A DNA stretch of 64,000 nucleotides from Promethearchaeota archaeon (GTDB lineage Archaea; Asgardarchaeota; Lokiarchaeia; Sigyniarchaeales; SOKP01), in assembly GCA_048939015.1 (NCBI GenBank), contig JBHLPW010000007.1, positions 1 through 64,000 of the forward strand. The letters are read 5' to 3'. The position numbers and the translations under genes are program-made. Position 1 is the stretch's first letter, and each line of letters begins with the position of its first letter. Below are positions 29,214 through 40,086 of the stretch, one piece after another. The notes below the pieces were generated by a model. The model saw only the letters and a program-made list of their open reading frames with translations. It was not told the DNA's origin and ran no database searches.

Positions 29214-30338
29214 TTATTTAACAAATATCTCCTTATCTAAACTTGAGAGTCTTTCACAACCAGAACTAGTTATTCTATAACAGTCTTCAATTCCAACTAA
29301 GCCTTGACCTCTTACATTTTGCCAAGCTTCTACATCTAATACCATATTTTCTTTAATAGAGCCATTATAGGTATGTCCTGGACCAAAAATATGTGTTTCT
29401 TCAGTTTCTAAGCCTATACTATGACCAATTATCATACAACGACCTTTCCCTATTTGTTTATAATATTTGAATGCATCTTCGTATAGTTTTTTTGGATTAA
29501 CTCCAGGTTTAAGGTTATCTAAACAAAATTCTTGGACTTTAATCATATTTTCCATTGCTTGTATGCCTTTTTCAGGAGCTTGTCCAACAACAGCATCTCT
29601 ACTTACGTCTGAAACATAACCCTTCCATACAGCACCATAATCAAATCGTATCATATCACCACGGTGCACAATTGTACCTACACCGGGTGCTTCAGGATCA
29701 GAATCTCCAATGTTCATAGTCAAATGGTCCCAACCTTCTGCTCCCTCATTAACAATAGTAACTCTCGCAATTTTAAGCAATTCATTATCAGTAATTCCTT
29801 CTTTCACCGCTTCAATGCAATTAAGAATGGCTTTTTCAGCAATTTGAGTTGACTTTTTAATTCTTTTTATCTCTTCTTCCGATTTAATCAAGCGCATTTC
29901 TAAGAATACATTATCTCCATCGACAAAAGAAGCAGCTGGGAACTCTCTTCGTAGGAATTCAGATTGATATCTAGGCATAAGAGTTTCAAGACCAATTTTT
30001 CCACTTTCCAAGCCTAAAACTTTGAGTTTATCTTTTAATAAGTTCAAACCTCCTTTAGGAGAGCCAACACGTTCATAATCCTTAACCCATGAAAATTTTT
30101 CGATACTATCATACAAAATCCAAATAAATAAGGTAACCTCTCCATAGTTGTTTATTATTGAAAAACTGGGATATTGATTATAAAGAACAAATAATATTGG
30201 ATTAGGGGCAACATGAAGAGTAGGAATCCCAGTTGTGTAAAAAACATTAACTGGTGTAGTGGAAATTAATGCATCAAGTTCAAATTGTTCAAGAAGATCA
30301 ATTGCACTTTTCTTATTATATCCTATCGGTTCTACCAT
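29214..30338 (-). CDS. Xaa-Pro peptidase family (M24) protein
   Basis: RLIKSEEEI, DYG...GYVSDVSR, GHSIGL, VE, GIED. Confidence 0.9.
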   Translation of the reverse strand: MVEPIGYNKKSAIDLLEQFELDALISTTPVNVFYTTGIPTLHVAPNPILFVLYNQYPSFSIINNYGEVTLFIWILYDSIEKFSWVKDYERVGSPKGGLNLLKDKLKVLGLESGKIGLETLMPRYQSEFLRREFPAASFVDGDNVFLEMRLIKSEEEIKRIKKSTQIAEKAILNCIEAVKEGITDNELLKIARVTIVNEGAEGWDHLTMNIGDSDPEAPGVGTIVHRGDMIRFDYGAVWKGYVSDVSRDAVVGQAPEKGIQAMENMIKVQEFCLDNLKPGVNPKKLYEDAFKYYKQIGKGRCMIIGHSIGLETEETHIFGPGHTYNGSIKENMVLDVEAWQNVRGQGLVGIEDCYRITSSGCERLSSLDKEIFVK

Positions 30339-30358
30339 TTAATTTTCACTTAAAATTT

Positions 30359-30700
30359 TTAATCATAATCCATAAAGATTTCCAATCTTTCCAAATCAGA
30401 CATAGTTCCTTTTGGCTTAAGTGTTCCATCCATAAACGCTTCCATTGGATCAACATCTCCAGTTGATATACCAAGAAATAGATCAGACTCAACCTCTAAG
30501 CTCATTTCAGCATTTTCATTGAATCCATCTTCTACTTTTGCCTTTTTATCTTGGAAAATTAACATTACCTTATAATCGATATCAGGAAAGATAAATTGCA
30601 TAGTTTTTTCAAAATCTTCAAACTCTTCAGCAATTTCTGGGTCATCAAGTTTTTTTGCCCATTTTTCTAAGGCTTCTTTTAATTCTTCAGCTGTAGCCAT
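30359..30700 (-). CDS. SCP2 sterol/lipid-binding domain protein
   Basis: DPMEAFMDGTLKPKG...L SCP2 signature. Confidence 0.88.
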   Translation of the reverse strand: MATAEELKEALEKWAKKLDDPEIAEEFEDFEKTMQFIFPDIDYKVMLIFQDKKAKVEDGFNENAEMSLEVESDLFLGISTGDVDPMEAFMDGTLKPKGTMSDLERLEIFMDYD

Positions 30701-30745
30701 AAATTTTCACCTTACAAAAATTTAATTAAACTTTGTTTTATAACA

Positions 30746-31546
30746 TTATTTTTTTCCTCTTTTCTCCTTTGGCTTTAGCACAATATCCTGGGGGTATTTA
30801 GCTTTTGTCCAAGGCAGACTTGAAAAAAAATGGGTAAAAATACGAACTATTAGTGTTGGTCTATTCTTTTGTAAATTACATTTTTTAAAGTAGACACGTC
30901 GATACGGTTCAGCATATTTCCAACCTTGGAGTTTTCTTCCCGCAAACCTACTAAATGGTCGATATGGTAAGATAGTATATCTTAATAACCATTGTTGTGT
31001 TCTATGACAACTAATCAATTTATAAGTTAAATTTTTAATATCTCTTTTCTTAAATCCAAAAAAGAAATTTGGATGTAAGGAGGTATAGAAATAAAGAATT
31101 GGTGTAAAATTAATCAGTTTCTTATATATGACGTAGAATAGTGCTTTTCCAGTGTTTATGTGATCCATATGATAATACCAAGAATAAATTGCTTCTGGAG
31201 CGATTATTACGTCTGGTTTTTCTTTATTGAGATAGTCAGTGATTGTATTTACAAATTCAGTATTAAATGGTACAAATCCATCAATATAACCAAAAAAATC
31301 TATCTTTTCGGAATGAATCCCATGAATTTTCACTGCTTTCAATAATTCTCTTGTTCTAATCTTTGCTAAAAAAATTCCCTTAAATTTGTCATATTGAGGA
31401 CCTGGAAGTCCAAATTCTCCTCTTGTCATTGAAGCAATCCGAATATCATAATTCTTTTTGCTCTTAGTGGCAAGATAATGCATTAAATGACCACATTTAT
31501 GTTCTAAATCATCAGGATGTGCTTGAAAGAATACAATTTTTACCAT
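30746..31546 (-). CDS. PIG-L/LmbE family N-acetyl deacetylase
   Basis: AHPDDLE, TRGE.G, RTRE, HMDH, HRTQ. Confidence 0.9.
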   Translation of the reverse strand: MVKIVFFQAHPDDLEHKCGHLMHYLATKSKKNYDIRIASMTRGEFGLPGPQYDKFKGIFLAKIRTRELLKAVKIHGIHSEKIDFFGYIDGFVPFNTEFVNTITDYLNKEKPDVIIAPEAIYSWYYHMDHINTGKALFYVIYKKLINFTPILYFYTSLHPNFFFGFKKRDIKNLTYKLISCHRTQQWLLRYTILPYRPFSRFAGRKLQGWKYAEPYRRVYFKKCNLQKNRPTLIVRIFTHFFSSLPWTKAKYPQDIVLKPKEKRGKK

Positions 31547-31560
31547 ATTTTCTCAGAAAA

Positions 31561-32451
31561 CTATTTAATTTCTTCCATTTGGGCAGTTCTTTTGCCTAAT
31601 AAAAAAGAACTTGTTCCAATCAAAAAAATACCAACGATTAGAAATATAATGGAAATAATACTTGAAGGAATCAATAAAAATATTAGAAAATATATGAAAA
31701 TTGGGATAATAAGTGTAGGAACGTTTTGGATCGGAACCAAATTGCTTGCTTGGCCGACTTTATAGGCTAATTGAATTGTTGCTAAACCAAAAACGTTAGT
31801 GGAGATTAGAATTATACCCGTTATTATGAACATAATTAACTCAACTAAATTAAACCCTCCTCCAAAACCACCAGTAATTAGTCCCATAAATTGGCTTGTC
31901 CATAAATTAGACAAAGAAAACATGAATCCAGATAAAATAGCTAATAGAATTCCTCGTAATTTCTCAATTTTTTTTTGGAAAATATGACAAGCAAGAGATA
32001 ATAAAATAATTATAATTGTAAATACAATAGTACGAATTAAAAGCCCAATTTCTAACACATTTGTCTCAATTATATCAATTGATAATCCACTCATACTTAG
32101 CAAAAAAGTCCCTGTTATCATTAATAATATACCGATTATCTCTTCGGTTTTCAACTTTTCTCCTACAATTTTTACTGAACCTAAAGCTAAAACTATTAAT
32201 CCAAAAGCCATAAGTCCAGGAATAAGTGCTGGACCAATAAATGCTTGAGCTGTTAAAAAGAAAATAGAGCTAACTCCAAAACTTAAAATTACTCCCAACA
32301 ACCAAGTAGGTCTTTTAACTAGACTTCGCATAAATTCAGATTCTTTGGATACTTCATTAACTGCTTTTTTTTGAAAAACGGATCCTAATTGTGTAGTTGA
32401 TCCAGCTAAAAGAGCTAAAAAAACACCTAACCAATAGAAATTAGCAGCCAT
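31561..32451 (-). CDS. DMT-superfamily (NIPA-like) membrane transporter
   Basis: About 9 TM helices; G.VFQK.A, PTWLLG, GEKL..EEIIG. Confidence 0.75.
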   Translation of the reverse strand: MAANFYWLGVFLALLAGSTTQLGSVFQKKAVNEVSKESEFMRSLVKRPTWLLGVILSFGVSSIFFLTAQAFIGPALIPGLMAFGLIVLALGSVKIVGEKLKTEEIIGILLMITGTFLLSMSGLSIDIIETNVLEIGLLIRTIVFTIIIILLSLACHIFQKKIEKLRGILLAILSGFMFSLSNLWTSQFMGLITGGFGGGFNLVELIMFIITGIILISTNVFGLATIQLAYKVGQASNLVPIQNVPTLIIPIFIYFLIFLLIPSSIISIIFLIVGIFLIGTSSFLLGKRTAQMEEIK

Positions 32452-32590
32452 TTTTATTTATGATTGTCTTCCTATCAAAAATCAAATTGAATGTTTTATT
32501 TTATGTTTTTAAGATATAAAAAATTATAAGTTTTCAATTCCTCTTTAAAAAACCTATAATTTAATTAATAATGAGATTATCAGAAAGATT

Positions 32591-34087
32591 ATGATGTCGA
32601 ATAAAATAAAAATTGAAGTAGTTTTTATTGGAAAACCACAATGGGAGGCAGGATGGCCCTATTTAGGTTATGACAATCAAAAATTAATAAATGAAATTAA
32701 AGAACAGTTATTAAAGAAGTTTCCAAATGTAGCTTTTAATTGGGGAACTATGATTACAACATACGATAAGCCTTTGGTCGATAATATTAAGGAAAATATA
32801 CTGGATTCAAATGGAATAATCATCTTTACGATTGGTCATTATGGAGATCCCGGGATTGTCCAAGCAGGCATTGAATTTATCGAATCTAATAAACCTGTTA
32901 TCCTTGCCAATTATATTTATGGAGGAGATCATACTTTTACTAAAATATATTCAAATATTAAGAACAAAAAGTATCAAGTATTTCCAATATCTTCACAAAA
33001 GATTGAAGAATTTGTTAAACCAATTGAAACGTTAATTAATTTGCTACGTTTAAAAGGAATGAGAGTCTTGGTTTATGCTAGTGATGTAATAAAAATGAAT
33101 TGGGATGTAATTTTAGGATTATTCAATCCAGAACGTAAAAGAATAAGAAAGGATCATCCAGAATTTCTTGAACAAATTGGAAAAATGAGTGGTGATCAAG
33201 ATTTTGAATTTTATACAGATACGGCTGGTAAGGATCAAGCACATCAATGGAGAATGGATGAAACAAAATATAGAGAAATTTTGAAAGAGATATTTGGTAT
33301 AGAAATGATAAGAGAAGATCCAAATGAGATATTAGACTATTATTCGAATATAAATGAAGAGGACGCTAAAATTGTTGCTGATAAATGGATTAACAATGCA
33401 TTAAAAGTAGAACCTTCTGAAAAGACAATTCTGAATTCTGCAAAATTATATATCACTTTTAAAAAAATATTGGAAGACAGAGATGTTGATTTTTTTACTC
33501 CTGATTGTGGAACATTCTTATTGACGGGAATATTACCTGCTTATCCTTGTATGGCTTTTTTCGAATTAAGTAATGAAGGGAAATATGGTATTTGTGAATC
33601 TGATATGGATTCAACTGTTAGTTTCCTTTTTGGGCTCTATTTAACCAATCGTCATGGATTTGTATCTAACCACACTTTTGATTTAGTAAATGAACAAATT
33701 ACTTATATGCACTGTGTTGCGCCAAATAAACTTTATGGGGTTAATGGCCCATCAACGCCTTATGAAATTTTATTTCATGGTGAAACACACTTATTAGGTG
33801 CTTCCCCTTGTGTTAAATTTCCAATCGGTGAAGAGGTTACTACTATAAAAATAAGTGTTTTTAATAGAAAAATATCAATTAGACAAGGAACAATTATTGA
33901 CAATGTGGTGGATGATAAAGGATGCGTATCAAAAATGTTAGTAAAAAGTAATGTTGAAAAAATTATGAAAAATTATGATTGGGATACTTTTGGATGGCAT
34001 CGTGTTACTTTTATTGGAGATTGGAAGGAGACTTTCATAACTGGAGCTAAAATTTTAGGTTTAGAGATTATTGAAGAAGATCAGTAA
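32591..34087 (+). CDS. L-fucose/arabinose isomerase-like protein
   Basis: PCMAF..L...GICESD, HC.AP, C-terminal GWHRV..IGD, typical of the FucI/AraA fold. Confidence 0.7.
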   Translation: MMSNKIKIEVVFIGKPQWEAGWPYLGYDNQKLINEIKEQLLKKFPNVAFNWGTMITTYDKPLVDNIKENILDSNGIIIFTIGHYGDPGIVQAGIEFIESNKPVILANYIYGGDHTFTKIYSNIKNKKYQVFPISSQKIEEFVKPIETLINLLRLKGMRVLVYASDVIKMNWDVILGLFNPERKRIRKDHPEFLEQIGKMSGDQDFEFYTDTAGKDQAHQWRMDETKYREILKEIFGIEMIREDPNEILDYYSNINEEDAKIVADKWINNALKVEPSEKTILNSAKLYITFKKILEDRDVDFFTPDCGTFLLTGILPAYPCMAFFELSNEGKYGICESDMDSTVSFLFGLYLTNRHGFVSNHTFDLVNEQITYMHCVAPNKLYGVNGPSTPYEILFHGETHLLGASPCVKFPIGEEVTTIKISVFNRKISIRQGTIIDNVVDDKGCVSKMLVKSNVEKIMKNYDWDTFGWHRVTFIGDWKETFITGAKILGLEIIEEDQ

Positions 34088-34194
34088 TTTTGCTAGAAAA
34101 AGAGTAATTTGAGTAATTTAGAAATTTTTATATCATCTTTAAATAAACTTAGAATAAAATTAAATTGTATCTAAAAAAAAAGTTGATAACAATT

Positions 34195-35571
34195 ATGAAT
34201 GAAACTGAAAGGGGAAAAAAGGATAAAGTACATTCACGTAAGGGTCGTCTTTTATATTCTTTAGGAGCTGTGCCATCAGCACTCCCATATAATATGATTT
34301 CTGCTTCATTTGTATTTTTTTATGTTACAGCTCAATCTGGACCGCATCTTAGTCTGGCTCTTTCAGGTTGGGTGTGGGCAATATATGGAATTTGGAATGC
34401 GATAAATGATCCTCTAATCGGATTTTACATGGATAAGAAGATAACAAAATGGGGGCGACGTATTCCATACATAGTAGTTGGAACGATTCCTTTCACAATC
34501 GGATTTATGCTTCTTTGGTGGGTACCTTATTCAAGTTCCGAGCAAATTTTTATATTTCTACACGCCTTACTTATGCTATTCATCTTCGATCTTGGATTTA
34601 CACTGAGTATGACGGGATGGTCGGCTCTATATACCGAGATGTATGAAGAAGAAGGAGAAAGGGCGACAGTTGTTGCTATAAAAGATACAATTGCTTTCAT
34701 TTCATCCTTTATCGGTATCTTGATTCCCCCAATGATTGCAGATGCAATAGGATGGGAATTTGCTGGAATATTAATAGGAATTTTTATCCCTATAACAATG
34801 CTACTTTCATTACTTGGATCAAAAGAAAGGGAAGAATATCAAATTGATGAGCCATTACCAATATTAGGTGCTATCAAAGAGACATTTAAAAATAAACCTT
34901 TTCTTATAGTCACTTTAACTTATACATTGCTTGACTTTTGTTTTGGATTAACTATAATGGTTATTCCATTATATGCTAAATTTATTCTGCAAGTAGATGA
35001 TGCTTTTGTAGGTTTTGCTGCTGCTGGAGTTGCAATCGGAATACTCATAAGTGTACCTTTTTGGAGGTCTATATATGCTAAGAGAGGTCCAAAATACGGA
35101 TTATTACTTGCAATGATCATTTTTTCTTTAGGGATATGGCCACTATTTCTTATAAATGATTTTCTTATACTATTCATTGTTACTATTTTTCCAGGCTTCG
35201 GAGCTGCTGGTATGCTTATGACTGAACCCGCTATAAGTGCAGCAATAGATTATGATGAATTAAGAATAAATAAAAGAAGAGAAGCATCATACAATGGTAT
35301 TTTAACATTAATTGCAAGATTATCATTAGTTTTTTCTGGAATAACATTAATTATCGTTGGATGGCTAACAGGTTTTGATTCAAACGCAGAAACACAAACA
35401 CAAACAGCCCTAATTGGTTTAAGAGCTTTAGTAGGATTTGTTCCTCTTCTTGGTGGACTCCTAGGAATTCTGGTGTTCAGCTTCTTCCCTATTAATCATG
35501 AAGCTTTCACTAAACAACAACAAGAATTGATAAATTTGCATAAAGAGAGAATAGAGAGATTAGAAAAGTAG
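34195..35571 (+). CDS. MFS glycoside-pentoside-hexuronide (MelB-like) transporter
   Basis: WNAINDPLIG, KWGRRIPYI, DYDE...RREA.Y.G; 12 TM helices. Confidence 0.9.
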   Translation: MNETERGKKDKVHSRKGRLLYSLGAVPSALPYNMISASFVFFYVTAQSGPHLSLALSGWVWAIYGIWNAINDPLIGFYMDKKITKWGRRIPYIVVGTIPFTIGFMLLWWVPYSSSEQIFIFLHALLMLFIFDLGFTLSMTGWSALYTEMYEEEGERATVVAIKDTIAFISSFIGILIPPMIADAIGWEFAGILIGIFIPITMLLSLLGSKEREEYQIDEPLPILGAIKETFKNKPFLIVTLTYTLLDFCFGLTIMVIPLYAKFILQVDDAFVGFAAAGVAIGILISVPFWRSIYAKRGPKYGLLLAMIIFSLGIWPLFLINDFLILFIVTIFPGFGAAGMLMTEPAISAAIDYDELRINKRREASYNGILTLIARLSLVFSGITLIIVGWLTGFDSNAETQTQTALIGLRALVGFVPLLGGLLGILVFSFFPINHEAFTKQQQELINLHKERIERLEK

Positions 35572-35646
35572 AAGATCTAATTTCTCTTATTAATTTTTTT
35601 TTTATACGATTTTTCACAATAAAAACAAAATGAGAAAGACAATATT

Positions 35647-36480
35647 ATGGAATGCGATCTTGAAGATATAAAAATTTATTATGAAATTTATGGTGAAGGA
35701 CTTCCCGTTTTAATGATTCATGGATGGACTGTAGATCATCGAATAATGAAGGGATGTATGGAACCCATCTTTAGGACTAGACCCAATTATGAAAGAATTT
35801 ATTTCGATTTACCAGGGATGGGAATGTCTAAAAGTAAAGACTGGATTATGAATTCTGATGATTTCCTCAAAATCACAAATGACTTTATAGAAAAGGTTAT
35901 TCCAGATCGAAATTTTATCGTTGTAAGTGAATCTTATGGTGGTTATTTAGCAAGAGGATTAATTAAGAAAAAATACAATTTAATTAATGGGATCTTATTT
36001 TTGGTTCCTGTTATCATTGCAAGTTTTGATAATAGAGTATTACCAGAACCAACTATTTTAGTAAAAGATTCAAATTTATTATCCACTTTAAATCCTTTTG
36101 AATTAGAGAGTGTCAAAAATATAGCAACAATTATTAACCAAAAGACCTGGAAAAGAGGAAAAGAAGAAGGTTTATCTGCTGTAAAAATTGCTAATTTAAA
36201 ATTCTTAAATAAAATCCAAAAAAAAGGATATGAATTCTCATTTGATGTGGACAACTCATATGAAAGCTTTGACAAACCTACATTATTCTTTTTAGGACGA
36301 CAAGATTCGAATGTAGGATATCGAGACGCCTGGAAAATAATTGAAAAATTTCCTAGAGCTACATTTGCTGTTTTAGATAAAGCAGGACATATCGCACAGA
36401 TTGAACAAGAAGATTTATTCAACGTACTAGTTAATGATTGGTTAGATCGTGTAGAAGATTATAATCCTTTTAATAAATAA
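35647..36480 (+). CDS. Alpha/beta fold hydrolase
   Basis: IHGW, DLPGMG, ESYGG nucleophile elbow, GRQD, AGH. Confidence 0.9.
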   Translation: MECDLEDIKIYYEIYGEGLPVLMIHGWTVDHRIMKGCMEPIFRTRPNYERIYFDLPGMGMSKSKDWIMNSDDFLKITNDFIEKVIPDRNFIVVSESYGGYLARGLIKKKYNLINGILFLVPVIIASFDNRVLPEPTILVKDSNLLSTLNPFELESVKNIATIINQKTWKRGKEEGLSAVKIANLKFLNKIQKKGYEFSFDVDNSYESFDKPTLFFLGRQDSNVGYRDAWKIIEKFPRATFAVLDKAGHIAQIEQEDLFNVLVNDWLDRVEDYNPFNK

Positions 36481-36509
36481 AGAATAAATTTGCATTTAAA
36501 TTATTGTTA

Positions 36510-37568
36510 TCAATTTAATTCTTTTGGCTCTTCTCTTGGTAATCTTTCATTTACAGGTAAAATGGGCTCAAACTTCCTATGGGGTTCTGTTTGATACCAG
36601 TAAGCAGTAGATGACCAGTCATCTGAACGTTGATTAGCATGTCCGTGTTCTATTTTTACTTTTATGTTCTTATGGAAATATATCGGGTCTTCTATATGAT
36701 ATCTGTAATAAGAAATCTTACCACTCCAGTTTTTTCCACCTGGCAACGTAATTCCATAATATGGGGAACAATAATAATCATAAGGGCACCATGCTGTGCA
36801 GAAATAATCTTCTGTTCCAGTTCCATAAAGTATAATTTCACCATCATCGATTTCTATATAATCATCTCCCTCACCAGGCCAATTGTGTTTGGAATATTCA
36901 TTAAGATTGTGAATGTCTAAATGGCATCCTACATAATGACCCTCACCTTTGGCTTCCAAAAGAACATAATCTTCCTCATGAGTCTTATTTCTTTTAACAA
37001 AATCCTCAGCTTTATTCAAGCTATAATCCATTCCTTTACAAGGATTTTCACGTTTCCAAAAAACATGAAATCTCCCTAAATCAGAATCCAGTTCTAAATA
37101 TTCTTCATAATCAATATAATAATAGAAAACTAAAGTAGTATTACATTCATTCTCAATTTCAATTCTTGCACTTTTAGAAAAAGGCATTGCCCAGAAACTA
37201 TTAAATCCTTTACCTTCCGCAGGACTCATAGAAAGAGGTAAACTCCAATAGTTTACAGATTTGGCGTGACCAACTCCAAAGAAATCTCCTATAGGGCATT
37301 CTACTGAAGGATTTATTTCACCGTCCCACCACATTCGAATTATTATTTTCCTTAAATAATAAGGATCAGGATCAGCAGTTCCCAAAGTTACCCAAATATG
37401 TTTTATAATTCCAGAACCTTGAATATTGCATAATTCAAATTTAGCATTTTTATCGATGATTATAGTATCATGGTTTGTGCCACGTTTATTGTAACTGGAA
37501 ATCCTCTTTCTTTTTATATTCTTTTTAATTTTTGTTAGATTCATTAAAGAACTAAATCCATATTCCAA
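36510..37568 (-). CDS. DUF2961 / GH172 glycoside hydrolase (alpha-D-arabinofuranosidase-like)
   Basis: HIWVT, WDGE.PSVECPIGDFFG, MPF, GEGDD, GTGTEDYF, YRYHIEDPI.F, EHG, SSTAYWYQ. Confidence 0.9.
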   Translation of the reverse strand: MEYGFSSLMNLTKIKKNIKRKRISSYNKRGTNHDTIIIDKNAKFELCNIQGSGIIKHIWVTLGTADPDPYYLRKIIIRMWWDGEINPSVECPIGDFFGVGHAKSVNYWSLPLSMSPAEGKGFNSFWAMPFSKSARIEIENECNTTLVFYYYIDYEEYLELDSDLGRFHVFWKRENPCKGMDYSLNKAEDFVKRNKTHEEDYVLLEAKGEGHYVGCHLDIHNLNEYSKHNWPGEGDDYIEIDDGEIILYGTGTEDYFCTAWCPYDYYCSPYYGITLPGGKNWSGKISYYRYHIEDPIYFHKNIKVKIEHGHANQRSDDWSSTAYWYQTEPHRKFEPILPVNERLPREEPKELN

Positions 37569-37656
37569 ATATATCCCCCAAATTGAGTTGTTAAAAAAAT
37601 AAATATTAGAAGGAAATTAAACATTTGTTATCCTAAATTAATACAAATATTCAATT

Positions 37657-39189
37657 TTATGGAGGAGTATAAGCCGCAATCTTCTGAAGTTCCTTGTCTT
37701 TAAGAAATTCGGTTGTAGATACTTTCTTGATTAGTTTTCCATCATCAAGAACAATTACTTCTTTTGAATACTTAGCTATAACCCGAGGATCATGTGTCAC
37801 TATAATTATAGTACGGTTTCTCTTGTGAAGATCCTGTAATATTTTCATAAATTCTTCAATCATACGATAATCTTGTCCAGTAGTAGGTTCATCAATTATT
37901 AGAATATCTGGTTCTAAAACTAACACTGATGCTAATGCTAATCGTTGTCGCACTCCTTTACTTAAATAAAAAGTTGATTTGTACATTTCTTCAAACTTTT
38001 TTAAATCTAAAAGCTCAGTAATTTCATTATATCGACGTTCTATTTCATGTTCATGAAATTTAAGATTTTTTAATCCAAATTCGATTTCTTCTCGAATAGT
38101 ATTTTTAAATAGTTGATGATCTGGATTTTGATAACAATAACCAATAATTTGGGAAATATTTGTTATAGTATAATCTTCTATAGACTTGTTTTTTAATTGA
38201 ACCTCACCTTGTTGCGGTTTTAAAAGACCATTAAAATGTTTTATTAAGGTAGTTTTACCAGAACCATTTTTTCCTATAAGTGCTATAAAATCATTGGAGA
38301 AAATTTTTAAATTTATATTTTTTAGGGCTCTTATTTGATTTGGATAAGAAAAACTTAGGTTGGAAACATTTATGATAGGTTCACTTTTTTTTATTACAGG
38401 AGTGCTTTCAATTTTTTGATCTGGGGTTGTATAATAATTCTCACTGGTTGGATAATAAATACCAAGTTCATTTAATAAGGATACATGATGAGGTAGTTGA
38501 GATGTATTTGTATCTAACTTTATCTCTCCATCACCAATGAGAATAACCCGATTACAGAATTCCATTATTTTTTTTGTATCATGGCTTACTAATACAATGG
38601 TTAAATCAAATTCTCTCCTTATTGATTCTAACAATTCGAAGATTTCACGCTTTCCTTGTGGGTCAAGATCAGAAGTAGGTTCATCCAAAATAAGAATTTC
38701 AGGTCTCATAGCCATAATTGAAGCTATTGCAACTCGTTGCTTTTGACCTCCTGAGAGTTCTTCTGGAGATTTTTCTTCATAACCTTCTAATCCAACTAGC
38801 TCAAGAGCCCATTTAATTCGATTTTTAATTTCGTTCTTATCCAAATTTAGAGTTTCTAAGCCAATAGCAATCTCATCTTCAACAGTCATCATTATAAATT
38901 GGGTTTCTGGATCTTGGAAGATTAGACCAACACGTACTCCTAATTCATGCATTTTAGCGGTCCTAGTATTAGTGCCAAAAATTTCAATAGTTCCCTTTAT
39001 CCATCCTCGAGTTCTTAAAGGTATTAAGCCATTAATACACGAACATAAGGTCGATTTACCCGCGCCAGTAGGACCCATAATTCCAAGAAATTCACCTTGT
39101 TTGACTGAAAAATTAATTCTTTTAAGTATTAAATCTTTAGATGATTTATATTTCCATGAAAAATCTTTAAATTCTATAACCGTGCTCAA
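37657..39189 (-). CDS. ecfA: ECF transporter ATPase (fused EcfA-EcfA')
   Basis: Two ABC domains: GPTGAGKST / FQDPETQ / LSGGQKQR / DEPT and GKNGSGKTT / QNPDHQ / DEPT. Confidence 0.9.
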   Translation of the reverse strand: MSTVIEFKDFSWKYKSSKDLILKRINFSVKQGEFLGIMGPTGAGKSTLCSCINGLIPLRTRGWIKGTIEIFGTNTRTAKMHELGVRVGLIFQDPETQFIMMTVEDEIAIGLETLNLDKNEIKNRIKWALELVGLEGYEEKSPEELSGGQKQRVAIASIMAMRPEILILDEPTSDLDPQGKREIFELLESIRREFDLTIVLVSHDTKKIMEFCNRVILIGDGEIKLDTNTSQLPHHVSLLNELGIYYPTSENYYTTPDQKIESTPVIKKSEPIINVSNLSFSYPNQIRALKNINLKIFSNDFIALIGKNGSGKTTLIKHFNGLLKPQQGEVQLKNKSIEDYTITNISQIIGYCYQNPDHQLFKNTIREEIEFGLKNLKFHEHEIERRYNEITELLDLKKFEEMYKSTFYLSKGVRQRLALASVLVLEPDILIIDEPTTGQDYRMIEEFMKILQDLHKRNRTIIIVTHDPRVIAKYSKEVIVLDDGKLIKKVSTTEFLKDKELQKIAAYTPP

Positions 39190-39195
39190 GTATAC

Positions 39196-40086
39196 TCACA
39201 TAAATAATCCAATAATTAAGAAAACGAAACTTTCCTTAATAATACTTAAGTAAATCGAATATAATAAGAGTGAGATTAATAAAAAGATAATTAGAAAGTC
39301 TTTTTTTTTCATTGGAAAGTAATGATATATTGTTCTTTTTTTTGATCTCATTGGGATACCTCTTGCTTCAATAGATGAAGACATTTCTTCTGTTCTTTTA
39401 AACATTAAAACAAATAGAGCTGCAAAAATTGAAATGAAATTTTTAATTTTCTTAATTATTGACACTTTCTCAAATTCAACGCCTCGTGTCATCATAGCTT
39501 CTTTTACTGTAGAATATTCATGCTGAAACATAGAGATCCCTCTAAATGTCATACTTATCATTAAACAAACCGAATATGGGACTTTGATTGATCTAAGACC
39601 ATGAATTAAATCTCTATCTGATATTCCAACAAACATGAATAACATCAAAAAAAACATAATTATTGATCTTAATGATATATTTGAGGCATAATAGAGTGTT
39701 CTTTCAGTAATTAAAATATGCCATATTACTTCATCTTTTATAAGAACAACATCGAATTTTAAAAAAGTGATTTGTCCTGGTTTATAGCTAAAAAAACACC
39801 ATGAAATAAAGATCGTTACATTAGCTAATAGAAAGAACACAATTAGTTTTTTAAAGCCTTTAGAAAATACAGGTATTTTAGTTAACTTAATTAGAATTAC
39901 ATCAAATAGTAATAAGATAAATAAATCAAAAACATTATGTAAAACTAACGCGACAATACTTAAGATAAAAACCATTAAAATCTTAGTAATGGGATGTATT
40001 CTTGCCATAATGGAATTTGAGGGAATATAAGAAAAAAAAGTTTTTGACAAAGTTGATATATTTTTCACCTCATCTATGAAAACCAT
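39196..40086 (-). CDS. ecfT: ECF transporter transmembrane component T
   Basis: HPITK plus two xRG motifs (MTRG, EARG). Confidence 0.9.
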   Translation of the reverse strand: MVFIDEVKNISTLSKTFFSYIPSNSIMARIHPITKILMVFILSIVALVLHNVFDLFILLLFDVILIKLTKIPVFSKGFKKLIVFFLLANVTIFISWCFFSYKPGQITFLKFDVVLIKDEVIWHILITERTLYYASNISLRSIIMFFLMLFMFVGISDRDLIHGLRSIKVPYSVCLMISMTFRGISMFQHEYSTVKEAMMTRGVEFEKVSIIKKIKNFISIFAALFVLMFKRTEEMSSSIEARGIPMRSKKRTIYHYFPMKKKDFLIIFLLISLLLYSIYLSIIKESFVFLIIGLFM